This document shows positions 1 to 8,908 of a DNA stretch of 32,000 bases, one piece after another. This DNA comes from Candidatus Johnevansia muelleri. GTDB lineage: Bacteria > Pseudomonadota > Gammaproteobacteria > Johnevansiales > Johnevansiaceae. Position 1 is the stretch's first letter, and each line of letters opens with the position of its first letter. A program made the translations under genes and the position numbers. The notes beneath the pieces were generated by a model. That model made no database searches and had not been told where the DNA came from. It was given only the letters and a program-made list of their open reading frames with translations. The stretch spans positions 300,001-332,000 of the forward strand of contig LM655252.1 of assembly GCA_000953435.1 (NCBI GenBank). The letters run 5' to 3'.

Positions 1-30
1 TTTAAAAAAATATTTTATAAATAATTTATT

Positions 31-183
31 ATGATTGAAAAAATAAAATTAATATCTTCTTCTAAAACCGGACATTTTTATACAACAACAAAAAAAAAAA
101 ATATATCTAAAAAATTAGAATTAAAAAAATATGATCCCATTATTCGGAAACATGTTTTATATAAAGAAAAAAATATAAAATAA
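31..183 (+). CDS. rpmG: 50S ribosomal protein L33
   Basis: Not in the ORF track. Manual translation from ATG 31 to TAA 181-183 gives [50 protein letters not shown]. This is colinear with E. coli L33 ([21 protein letters not shown]...[23 protein letters not shown]). Confidence 0.85.
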   Translation: MIEKIKLISSSKTGHFYTTTKKKNISKKLELKKYDPIIRKHVLYKEKNIK

Positions 184-188
184 TTAAT

Positions 189-1208
189 ATGAAAAAATAT
201 AAAATATTAACTGGTATTATGACTACAGGTACTCCACATTTAGGAAATTATATTGGAGCTATTAAATCAGCCATTAAAGTTAGTAAAAATAATAATATTA
301 AATCTTTTTTTTTTCTTGCTGATTTACATGCCTTAATTAAATTATATGATTCATATAAAATCAACCGGTCTTTATTAGAAATATCTGCTACTTTATTAGC
401 ATTAGGTTTAAATACTAAAAATACTATTTTTTATAGACAATTAGATGTTCCTGAAATAACTGAAATTATGTGGATTCTTTCATGTGTTTGTGCTAAAGGA
501 TTAATGAATCGTGCTCATGCTTATAAAGCTGCTGTTATAAATAATAAAAATTTAAAATATTATGATATAGATAATAAAATAAATATGGGTTTATATAATT
601 ATCCTATATTAATGGCAGCTGATATTTTATTATTTAATGTTAATTATGTTTTAGTGGGTATAGATCAAATTCAACATATTGAAATTGCTCGTGATATAGC
701 TATACGATTTAATTATATTTATAATGAAAAATGTTTTTTATTACCTAAAGCATTAATAAATAAAAATATAAACTTAATTAATGGTATAGATGGACAAAAA
801 ATGTCCAAAAGTTATAATAATACTATTCCTATATTTTGTACTGAATTAGAATTAAAAAATTATATACGTAAAATTAAAACAAATTCTTTAGCACCAGGTA
901 CACCTAAAAATCATAATAATTGTACTTTATTCGAAATTTTTAAAGCCTTTGCTAATAATAATGAAATTAATTATTTAAAAAATTGTTATTATGAAGGTAT
1001 AAGTTGGATAGAAATAAAAATTTTAGTATTTGAATATTTAAATAAAATTTTAATTGAACCACGTAAAAAATATAATTATTTATTAAATAATCCTAATTAT
1101 ATTCAAAACTTATTTAAAATAGGTTCAGAAAAAGCTAGATTGGAAATAGCTCCATTAGTTTATCGTTTACGTAATGTTACTGGTTTAGGAAATTTTAAAA
1201 AAAATTGA
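189..1208 (+). CDS. trpS: tryptophan--tRNA ligase
   Basis: 339 aa ORF with the class I aaRS motifs TGTPHLGNY (HIGH-like) and KMSKS. The length matches bacterial TrpS. The stop is TGA. Confidence 0.95.
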   Translation: MKKYKILTGIMTTGTPHLGNYIGAIKSAIKVSKNNNIKSFFFLADLHALIKLYDSYKINRSLLEISATLLALGLNTKNTIFYRQLDVPEITEIMWILSCVCAKGLMNRAHAYKAAVINNKNLKYYDIDNKINMGLYNYPILMAADILLFNVNYVLVGIDQIQHIEIARDIAIRFNYIYNEKCFLLPKALINKNINLINGIDGQKMSKSYNNTIPIFCTELELKNYIRKIKTNSLAPGTPKNHNNCTLFEIFKAFANNNEINYLKNCYYEGISWIEIKILVFEYLNKILIEPRKKYNYLLNNPNYIQNLFKIGSEKARLEIAPLVYRLRNVTGLGNFKKN

Positions 1209-1266
1209 CAATATCTTATATATTTGATTAATTATTAATTAAATTACCCTAAATATTTATTATTTA

Positions 1267-1340
1267 GGGTCTGTAGCTCAGTTGGTTAGAGCACACCCCT
1301 GATAAGGGTGAGGTCGGTAGTTCAAATCTACCCAGACCCA
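1267..1340 (+). tRNA. tRNA-Ile (anticodon GAU)
   Basis: Cloverleaf read by eye. Acceptor stem gggtctg/cagaccc, D arm agctcagttggttagagc, anticodon loop ctGATaa, T arm ggtagttcaaatctacc. No encoded CCA. Confidence 0.9.
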
Positions 1341-1366
1341 TCAATTATTGTATTAAATATAGTAAT

Positions 1367-1484
1367 TCCTGATAATAATAGCAGTTGGGAACCACCTGAT
1401 ACCATCTAGAATTCAGAAGTGAAACCATCTTGCGCCAATGGTAGTGTGGGTTTTTTCCATGTAATAGTAGGTAATTGTCAGGTT
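1367..1484 (+). rRNA. rrf: 5S ribosomal RNA (ends approximate, +/-3 nt)
   Basis: Aligns along its whole length with E. coli 5S. Shared blocks include CCACCTGA, TCAGAAGTGAAAC, GCGCC.ATGGTAGTGTGGG, CCATG and AGTAGG, with terminal helix cctga...tcagg. It is a GC-richer island in AT-rich surroundings. Confidence 0.85.
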
Positions 1485-1515
1485 ATAATGAAAATAAATT
1501 TAATTTTTTTTAAAT

Positions 1516-1588
1516 GGGTCGTTAGCTCAGTTGGTAGAGCAGTTGGCTTTTAACCAATTGGTCGTAGGTTCAAATCCTACACGACCTA
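1516..1588 (+). tRNA. tRNA-Lys (anticodon UUU)
   Basis: Acceptor stem gggtcgt/acgacct, D arm agctcagttggtagagc, anticodon stem gttgg/ccaat with loop ctTTTaa, T arm gtaggttcaaatcctac. Confidence 0.9.
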
Positions 1589-1625
1589 TTTAAAGGAATA
1601 ATGCTATTTATAAAATAGGTTTCTT

Positions 1626-2531
1626 ATGATTAAAGGTAGTATTGTTGCTTTAATAACCCCTATGAAAATAAATGGAGAAATTGATTGGGACGCTTTACAT
1701 CGTTTAGTTAATTTACATTTATATAATAAAACAGATGCTATTGTTGCTGTAGGAACTACAGGGGAACCAACTACTATGACAGTTGACGAACATTTTGATG
1801 TTATAAGAGCTATTGTTAGTGAAGTTAATGGTAGAATACCAGTTATAGCTGGTACAGGTGCTAATGCTAGTTGGGAAGCTGTAAATTTAACACGTTATGC
1901 TAAAGAAGCAGGAGCAGATTGTTGTCTGTCAGTGACACCTTATTATAATATTCCTACACAAGAAGGTTTATATCAACATTTTAAATTAATTGCTGAAGTA
2001 GGTTTACCAGTTATATTATATAATGTACCTAAAAGAACAGGTGTTGATATTTCTAATGAAACAGTTTTAAAACTTTCTAAAATAAAAAATATTGTAGGAT
2101 TAAAAGAAGCTACTGGAAATCTTGATCGTGCAATAGAATTAATTAAAATTTTTAAAAATAATGGTTTTGCTATTTATTCAGGGGATGATCAAACAGCTTG
2201 TGAATTTATGTTAGCAGGTGGCCATGGTGTAATTTCTGTAGCTTCTAATATTGTTCCAAAAGCAATGCATGAACTTGCTGTAGCTGCTATTTCAGGTAAA
2301 CCTGAAAAAGCACATCAAATTAATACTAAATTAATGCCATTATATTCTGTTTTAGGAATTGAAGCAAATCCCATACCTGTAAAATGGTCATTAAATCAAC
2401 TTGGATTAATAGAAAAAGGTATAAGATTACCACTTACTTGGCTTTCTGAAAAATACCATTCAACTGTTAAAAAAAATTTACAATTATTCCGAATTCTAAA
2501 TAAATTTGGGGATAACAATTTATGGGTTTAG
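1626..2531 (+). CDS. dapA: 4-hydroxy-tetrahydrodipicolinate synthase
   Basis: 301 aa ORF with DapA hallmarks: N-terminal [15 protein letters not shown] motif, YNVP motif. The 3' end overlaps the aceE start by 10 nt. Confidence 0.9.
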   Translation: MIKGSIVALITPMKINGEIDWDALHRLVNLHLYNKTDAIVAVGTTGEPTTMTVDEHFDVIRAIVSEVNGRIPVIAGTGANASWEAVNLTRYAKEAGADCCLSVTPYYNIPTQEGLYQHFKLIAEVGLPVILYNVPKRTGVDISNETVLKLSKIKNIVGLKEATGNLDRAIELIKIFKNNGFAIYSGDDQTACEFMLAGGHGVISVASNIVPKAMHELAVAAISGKPEKAHQINTKLMPLYSVLGIEANPIPVKWSLNQLGLIEKGIRLPLTWLSEKYHSTVKKNLQLFRILNKFGDNNLWV

Positions 2532-5179
2532 AAAATTTAAATTATTTAGAAAATAATGACTGGATTAAGGCCTTTAAATCAATAATATTTTATTCAGGTA
2601 ATAAACGTGCTTTATTTATATTAAAAAAATTAATTAATTTTATACGTTATAATGGTATACAATCTACAATTTTTGTAAATACTCACCATAGGAATACTAT
2701 TTCTATTGAAAAACAAGTACAAATTCCAGGTGATATGATTTTAGAAAGAAAAATTAGATCTGCTATACGATGGAATAGTATGGCATTAGTTGTAAAAGCT
2801 AATATTAAAAATAAAGGTATAGGTGGACATATAGCTAGCTATATGTCTATTTGTACACTTTATGAGGTAGGTTTTAATCATTTTTTTCGTGCTGCTAATA
2901 ATAAATTTAAAGGAGATTTAATATATTTTCAAGGTCATAGTTCTCCTGGTATTTATGCTCGGTCTTATTTAGAAGGAAGATTTTCTAAAGAACAAATGGA
3001 TAATTTTAGACAAGAAATAAATAAAAATGGTTTATCTTCTTATCCTCATCCTTATCTTATGCCAGAATATTGGCAATTTCCTACTGTTTCAATGGGATTA
3101 GGTCCTATTCAAGCTATTTATCAAGCTCGTTTTATGAAGTATCTTCATATTCGAGGTATTGAAAATATGGTAAATCGTAAAGTTTGGGCTTTTATAGGTG
3201 ATGGGGAATGTGATGAAGTTGAAACGTTAGGTGCAATTCAAGTAGCTAGTCGTGAAAAACTTAATAATTTAATTTTTGTTATTAACTGTAATTTACAACG
3301 TTTAGATGGATTAGTTAGAGGTAATAGTCGTATTATGGATGAAATAGAAGCTATATTTACCGGTGCCCAATGGAAAGTAATTAAAGTAGTTTGGGGTAGT
3401 AAATGGGATAAATTATTTAAAACTGATTATAAAGGTTTTTTACAAAAACGTTTAAATGAAATTATTGATGGTGAATGTCAAAATTTTAAATCACAAAATG
3501 GTAAATATATAAGAGAAAAAATTTTTGGTAAATATAAAGAAACCGCTAAATTAGTAGAATTAATGTCTGATGAAGAAATAATTGCTCTAGATCATGGAGG
3601 TCATGATCCTAAAAAAATTTATGCAGCTTATTATGAAGCGGTTAATAATACAGAATATCGTCCTACTGTTATTTTAGCTCATACTATAAAAGGTTATGGT
3701 ATGGGGGGAAGTGCATGTAGTATGAATGTACATAATATTAAATCAATGAGTATTAATTCTATTAAATTATTTAGAGATCGTTTTAATATTCCTATTAGCG
3801 ATGATAAAATTAAAATTGATAATTTACCTTATTATAAGCCTGCTGAAAATTCATTAGAAATGCTTTATTTACATGAAAAAAGAAAAAATTTAAATGGTTA
3901 TTTACCTAAACGTAATTATTATTTTCAGTCAATTATTATTCCTTCTTTAGAAGATAAGATATTTTATACTCAAATAAAAGGTACTGGAAATAGGAAAATT
4001 TCAACGACTATGGCTTTTGTAAGAATTCTTAGTAGTTTATTAAAAGATAAAATTATAGGTTCCAAAATAGTACCTATTATTCCAGATGAAGCTCGTACTT
4101 TTGGTTTAGAATGTTTATTTAGACAAGTAGGTATTTATTCTCCAGAAGGACAAAAATATAAACCTATAGATGCTAATCAATTAATGTATTATCGTGAAGA
4201 TAAAAAAGGTCAATTACTTGAAGAAGGTATTAATGAAGCAGGTGCAATGGCGTCATGGATATCAGCAGCTACATCTTATTCTAATTATAATGAAACATTA
4301 ATTCCTTTTTATATATTTTATTCTATGTTTGGATTTCAAAGAATTGGTGATTTAGCTTGGGCTGCAGGAGATTTAAATGCACGTGGGTTTCTTTTAGGGG
4401 GGACTTCAGGTCGTACTACTTTAAATGGTGAAGGATTACAACATCAAGATGGTCATGGACATTTATTAGCATTAACTATTCCTAATTGTATTTCTTATGA
4501 TCCTACATATGCTTATGAATTAGCAGTAATAATTCAATATGGATTAAAACGTATGTATCAATATAAAGATAATTGTTATTATTATTTAAGTATAATGAAT
4601 GAGAATTATTATCATCCTAAAATGCCCAATAATTGTGAAACAGGTATTATTAAAGGTATGTATTTATTACATGAATTTAAAAATTCGACAAATAAACATA
4701 TACAATTATTAGGTTCTGGTACAATACTTAGGGAAGTAGAATATGCTGCAAAAATTTTATTTAATGATTTTAATGTTACTTCAGATGTTTGGAGTGTTAC
4801 TAGTTTTAATGAATTACGTAAAGAAGCACTAGAAATTGATAAAAAAAATTTTTTAAATTTTGAAAATAATAAAACACCATGGATTATTAAATGTTTAGAA
4901 AATCGTAAAGGTCCTATTATTGCTAGTACTGATTATATGAAATTATATGCTGATCAAATTCGTGCTTGGGTAAAAAATGATTATTATGTTTTAGGAACAG
5001 ATGGATTTGGGATGTCTGATACTAGAGAAAATTTACGTAAATTTTTTGAAATAGATCGTTATTTTATAACAATATTTGCATTAAAAGCACTTTATAATAA
5101 AAATATTATTGATATTAATGTAATTAAATTAGCAATAAAAAAATATGGTATTAATAATGAAAATTATGTTTTTAAATAA
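2522..5179 (+). CDS. aceE: pyruvate dehydrogenase E1 component
   Basis: 885 aa ORF, colinear with E. coli AceE ([45 protein letters not shown]). Confidence 0.95.
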   Translation: MGLENLNYLENNDWIKAFKSIIFYSGNKRALFILKKLINFIRYNGIQSTIFVNTHHRNTISIEKQVQIPGDMILERKIRSAIRWNSMALVVKANIKNKGIGGHIASYMSICTLYEVGFNHFFRAANNKFKGDLIYFQGHSSPGIYARSYLEGRFSKEQMDNFRQEINKNGLSSYPHPYLMPEYWQFPTVSMGLGPIQAIYQARFMKYLHIRGIENMVNRKVWAFIGDGECDEVETLGAIQVASREKLNNLIFVINCNLQRLDGLVRGNSRIMDEIEAIFTGAQWKVIKVVWGSKWDKLFKTDYKGFLQKRLNEIIDGECQNFKSQNGKYIREKIFGKYKETAKLVELMSDEEIIALDHGGHDPKKIYAAYYEAVNNTEYRPTVILAHTIKGYGMGGSACSMNVHNIKSMSINSIKLFRDRFNIPISDDKIKIDNLPYYKPAENSLEMLYLHEKRKNLNGYLPKRNYYFQSIIIPSLEDKIFYTQIKGTGNRKISTTMAFVRILSSLLKDKIIGSKIVPIIPDEARTFGLECLFRQVGIYSPEGQKYKPIDANQLMYYREDKKGQLLEEGINEAGAMASWISAATSYSNYNETLIPFYIFYSMFGFQRIGDLAWAAGDLNARGFLLGGTSGRTTLNGEGLQHQDGHGHLLALTIPNCISYDPTYAYELAVIIQYGLKRMYQYKDNCYYYLSIMNENYYHPKMPNNCETGIIKGMYLLHEFKNSTNKHIQLLGSGTILREVEYAAKILFNDFNVTSDVWSVTSFNELRKEALEIDKKNFLNFENNKTPWIIKCLENRKGPIIASTDYMKLYADQIRAWVKNDYYVLGTDGFGMSDTRENLRKFFEIDRYFITIFALKALYNKNIIDINVIKLAIKKYGINNENYVFK

Positions 5180-5193
5180 AAGGAGTAATATTA

Positions 5194-6756
5194 TTGAAAA
5201 CTGAAATAATAAAACTTGTTAATATTGGAGATTATAAAAACGTTGAAGTTATAGAAATCCCGATTAAGGAAGGTGATATTATCAATGCTGAAGATACTCT
5301 TATTGTATTAGAATCAGATAAAGCTAATATGGATATACCTTCTCCTATATATGGTAAAGTATTAAAAATATTAATTAAAGAAGGTGATAAAGTATCACCA
5401 GGTGATGAAATTGTTGAAATAGAAAATTTAAAAAATGATAAAGTATCAACAGATGATGAACTTATTGAAATAGAAAATTTAAAAAATGATAAAGTATCAA
5501 CAGATGATGAAATTGTTGAAATAGAAAATTTAAAAAATGATAAAGTATCAACAGATGATGAAATTATTGAAATAGAAAATTTAAAAAATGATAAAGTATC
5601 AACAGATGATGAAATTATTGAAATAGAAAATTTAAAAAATGATAAAGTATCAACAGGTGATGAAAATAATTTTGAAATAATAATACCTATTAATATACTA
5701 GAAAAATATTATAATATATTTGTAATGGACATTTTAATAAAAGAAGATTATGAAATAAAAATTAATGATAAAATTATTATTTTAAAATCAGATAATCATT
5801 TAATATATATTATTAGCCCTTATAAAGGAAAAATTATTTCTATTTTTATTAAAAAAGGTGAGAAAATTAAAGGAGGTGAATTAATTTGTAATTTTAAATT
5901 AAATGAAAAAATATTTATTTATGCTGGTCCTGCAGTACGGTTATTAGCTCGAGAATTAAGTATTAATCTTATATCAATTAAAGGAAGTGGTCCTAAAGGT
6001 ATAATATTAAAAGAAGATATATATAATTATAAAAAAAAATTTACAATTGATTTTCAACAATTTGGAGAAATTGAAGAAAAACCTATGAATTCAATTTTAA
6101 AAATTGGATCAGAAAATTTATATAAAAATTGGATTAATATTCCTCATGTTACTCAATTTGATGATGCCGATATAACCGAACTTGAAAAATTTAGAAAATT
6201 AATTCAACTAGAATTAAATAATGATGTAAAAATAACATTATTACATTTTATTATTAAAGCTTGTTCTATTCTGCTTAAAAAATTTCCTCAATTTAATGTT
6301 TCAATAGATTTTAAAAAAAAAAATTTAATATGGAAAAAATATATTAATATAAGTATAGCGGTTGATACCCCTAATGGATTAATTGTTCCAGTATTAAAAA
6401 ATGTTGATAAAAAAAGTATATTAGAAATTGCAATAGAAGTTAATGATTTAATTAAACGTACAAAAAATAGAAAATTAAAACATCAAGATATAATTGGAGG
6501 TTGTTTTAGTATTTCTAGTTTAGGTTCAATAGGAGGGACAGCATTTACTCCAATTATTAATTCATATGAAGTAGCTATATTAGGTATTTCTAAAGCTCAA
6601 ATAAAACCTATTTGGTATGAGAATAATTTTAAACCTAGATTAATATTACCACTTTGTTTATCTTATGATCATAGGGCATTAAATGGAGCAGAATCTGCTA
6701 GATTTGTATCAAAATTATCACAATTACTTTCTGATATTCGCAGATTATTATTTTAA
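5194..6756 (+). CDS. aceF: dihydrolipoamide acetyltransferase (pyruvate dehydrogenase E2)
   Basis: 520 aa ORF with a TTG start preceded by AAGGAG. It has an N-terminal lipoyl domain (ESDKANMDIPSP), a subunit-binding domain (AGPAVRLLARELSINL) and a catalytic domain with the DHR motif (SYDHRALNGAESARF). Confidence 0.9.
   Translation: MKTEIIKLVNIGDYKNVEVIEIPIKEGDIINAEDTLIVLESDKANMDIPSPIYGKVLKILIKEGDKVSPGDEIVEIENLKNDKVSTDDELIEIENLKNDKVSTDDEIVEIENLKNDKVSTDDEIIEIENLKNDKVSTDDEIIEIENLKNDKVSTGDENNFEIIIPINILEKYYNIFVMDILIKEDYEIKINDKIIILKSDNHLIYIISPYKGKIISIFIKKGEKIKGGELICNFKLNEKIFIYAGPAVRLLARELSINLISIKGSGPKGIILKEDIYNYKKKFTIDFQQFGEIEEKPMNSILKIGSENLYKNWINIPHVTQFDDADITELEKFRKLIQLELNNDVKITLLHFIIKACSILLKKFPQFNVSIDFKKKNLIWKKYINISIAVDTPNGLIVPVLKNVDKKSILEIAIEVNDLIKRTKNRKLKHQDIIGGCFSISSLGSIGGTAFTPIINSYEVAILGISKAQIKPIWYENNFKPRLILPLCLSYDHRALNGAESARFVSKLSQLLSDIRRLLF
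5386..5667. repeat. 51-bp in-frame tandem repeat, 5 full copies plus a partial sixth, inside aceF
   Basis: The unit is gataaagtatcaacagatgatgaaattgttgaaatagaaaatttaaaaaat. Copies start at 5386, 5437, 5488, 5539, 5590 and 5641. Copies 2-5 differ at only 1-3 positions. The encoded unit is DKVST(D/G)DE(I/L)(V/I)EIENLKN. Confidence 0.95.
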
Positions 6757-6762
6757 AATATA

Positions 6763-7473
6763 ATGATTACAATTATAGCAATTGATGCATCTACAATAGC
6801 ATGTTCTGTAGCACTATTATATGGATATAATAATAATTATTCAATAATAGGATGTTATGAAATTATAAATAAAAAACAAATGTATAAAATTATACCTATG
6901 GTTAATATTTTATTATATAAAGCAGGAATTAATATTAAAAAAATTGATTGTATAGCTTATGGAAAAGGTCCTGGCTCATTTACTGGAATTAAAATAGCTT
7001 CTAGTATAGCACAAGGATTAGCTTTAGGTGTAGATTGTCCTTTGTTTGCTATTTCTACATTAGAAGCAATAGCATTAAATGCTTGGCATAAATATAATGT
7101 TAAATATATTATTAGCATTATTAATAATACATTAAATCAAGTATTATTTTTAAGTTTATTTAAAATAAATAATAAATTTATTTTACCATTACCAATTATA
7201 AGTAAAAATATATTTTTTTTAAAAAATAAAAAAGAATGTTTTTTTTTAAAAAAAATTTTAGATAATTTAATTAAAAAAAACTTTTTTTTTATGGGATCAG
7301 GATTATATATATTAAATACCATAAAAATAAATACATCAATAATTAATATGATTGATATTAATTGCGAACCAGATGCTGCTTATATAGTTCGTATAGCTGC
7401 AAAATTATTTTTAAGTGGAAGTTTTAATAAACTTTCATTTTTAGAAAAATTACCTTGTTATTTATATATATAA
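6763..7473 (+). CDS. tsaB: tRNA t6A37 threonylcarbamoyl transfer protein TsaB (YeaZ)
   Basis: 236 aa ORF. The N-terminus IIAIDASTIACSVALL and the GKGPGSFTGIKIASSIAQGLALG block are typical of TsaB/YeaZ. The middle section is low complexity. Confidence 0.75.
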   Translation: MITIIAIDASTIACSVALLYGYNNNYSIIGCYEIINKKQMYKIIPMVNILLYKAGINIKKIDCIAYGKGPGSFTGIKIASSIAQGLALGVDCPLFAISTLEAIALNAWHKYNVKYIISIINNTLNQVLFLSLFKINNKFILPLPIISKNIFFLKNKKECFFLKKILDNLIKKNFFFMGSGLYILNTIKINTSIINMIDINCEPDAAYIVRIAAKLFLSGSFNKLSFLEKLPCYLYI

Positions 7474-7544
7474 ATTTTTTTACTTATAATTTATATAAAA
7501 AATATATTTTTAATATAAAATAATATAGTATATATATTATAAAT

Positions 7545-7619
7545 GGATCGGTAGTTTAGTATGGTTAGAATGCCGGCTTGTCACGCCGGAGATCACGGGT
7601 TCAAATCCCGTCCGGTCCG
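7545..7619 (+). tRNA. tRNA-Asp (anticodon GUC)
   Basis: Acceptor stem ggatcgg/ccggtcc, anticodon stem ccggc/gccgg with loop ttGTCac, T arm acgggttcaaatcccgt. It closely resembles E. coli tRNA-Asp. Confidence 0.9.
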
Positions 7620-7637
7620 TAAATTTATTATTAGCAT

Positions 7638-7710
7638 AGGTGGTTAGCTCAGTTGGAAGAGCATCAGCCTTACAAGCTGAGGGTCACAGGTTCAAATCCT
7701 GTACCACCTA
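7638..7710 (+). tRNA. tRNA-Val (anticodon UAC)
   Basis: Acceptor stem aggtggt/accacct, D arm agctcagttggaagagc, anticodon loop ctTACaa, T arm acaggttcaaatcctgt. Confidence 0.9.
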
Positions 7711-7741
7711 TCATTTTATATATTAGGATGGATTATATATA

Positions 7742-8551
7742 ATGCATAAAATTAATATAATTTATTGGAAAAAAAAAATTCCTAATGATAGTGAAATAAT
7801 ATATAATATTCATATTATTAAAACAATCTTATTAAATGCTAAAATATTTGGGACACCACCACCAATATTATTATGGATTAAAAATAATATTAATAAATAT
7901 TATTATAAAATATTATCACTTATAGAACAATTATCAATTAAAATTGAAAATCCACCTAATGAAATATTTAAATTAATTACTAACGGGAAAATTCGTAATA
8001 ACCAATCAATTATAGCATTTTGTAAAATGGTATTTACTAAAAATGAAAAAACATTAATTAATAGACTTTTAAATTGGAAAGAATCTGTGGCTCCTCTTTT
8101 TTTAATATTAAATGGTATAACAGATACTTATAATTTAGGGGCTTGTTTACGTAGTGTTGATGCTGCAGGTGCTCATGGAATAATAATACCTAAAACTAAA
8201 AATGCTCATATTAATAATATTGTAAGAAAAGTATCTTCTGGTGCAACTGAAGTTGTTCTTATATATATTGTAAATAATTTATATAATACTATTAATAAAC
8301 TTCGTAATTTAGGTATATGGATATTAGGTACTACTAATAAAGCAAAAAAATTTTTATTTGATATAGATTTAAAAATACCATGTGCTATAATTATGGGGTC
8401 TGAAGGATATGGTTTAAGTAATTTAATTAAAAAAAATTGTGATTATTTGATTAGTTTACCAATGTTAGGTAAAATATCTAGTTTGAATATATCTGTTGCT
8501 GCTGGTATATGTTTATTTGAAGCAGTTAGACAACGTAATTTTAAAATTTAA
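7742..8551 (+). CDS. rlmB: 23S rRNA 2'-O-ribose methyltransferase, SpoU/TrmH family (RlmB-like)
   Basis: 269 aa ORF. The C-terminal two thirds are colinear with E. coli RlmB (LILNGITDTYNLGACLRSVDAAGAHGIIIP, IMGSEGYGL, SSLNISVAAGICLFEAVRQ). Confidence 0.8.
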   Translation: MHKINIIYWKKKIPNDSEIIYNIHIIKTILLNAKIFGTPPPILLWIKNNINKYYYKILSLIEQLSIKIENPPNEIFKLITNGKIRNNQSIIAFCKMVFTKNEKTLINRLLNWKESVAPLFLILNGITDTYNLGACLRSVDAAGAHGIIIPKTKNAHINNIVRKVSSGATEVVLIYIVNNLYNTINKLRNLGIWILGTTNKAKKFLFDIDLKIPCAIIMGSEGYGLSNLIKKNCDYLISLPMLGKISSLNISVAAGICLFEAVRQRNFKI

Positions 8552-8572
8552 TTTATATATTAGGGAAAACAT

Positions 8573-8908
8573 ATGCGGAATTATGAAATAATTCTTTTAA
8601 CTTATCATTATATTAATCTAACTGATATAATAAATGATTATACTTATTTAATTAAAACAAATGGTGGGATTATTCATAAATTTGAAAATTTGGGTATTCG
8701 ATTATTATCATATATTATTAAAAAAGTTTATAAAGCTAATTATGTTTTAATTAATCTTGAATGTAATTTAATTTTCATTAATAAATTTAAACAAATATTA
8801 AATTTAAATAAAAATATTTTACGTATTATGATTATTAGTAACAAAAAAAATAAATTATTGGAATTTATAAAGATATTGATACACTTAATATATATATTAA
8901 TGAAATAG
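8573..8908 (+). CDS. rpsF: 30S ribosomal protein S6; the 3' end is questionable
   Basis: It begins MRNYEIILL... with [10 protein letters not shown], matching E. coli MRHYEIVFM... and KAHYVLMNVE. The last 19 codons ([19 protein letters not shown]) follow an A8 tract and overlap rpsR out of frame. Confidence 0.8.
   Translation: MRNYEIILLTYHYINLTDIINDYTYLIKTNGGIIHKFENLGIRLLSYIIKKVYKANYVLINLECNLIFINKFKQILNLNKNILRIMIISNKKNKLLEFIKILIHLIYILMK

Noticed and set aside
1206-1208. Possible alternative genetic code (UGA=Trp), as in some tiny betaproteobacterial symbionts.
   Set aside because: Conserved Trp positions (for example GHSKW in yebC, ATWWIRQ in rpoD) are TGG. No ORF needs TGA read-through to reach normal length. 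trpS and ruvC end at TGA at roughly the expected protein lengths.
6670-6700. The aceF catalytic motif reads DHRALNG instead of the usual DHRxxDG.
   Set aside because: The catalytic His is intact. To my recollection, Asp/Asn variation at this position occurs naturally in some functional E2 enzymes. This is not evidence of inactivation.
7137-7322. 61-aa ORF on the minus strand.
   Set aside because: It lies entirely antisense within tsaB, in its homopolymer-rich segment. The K/F/N/I low-complexity translation has no recognisable motif.
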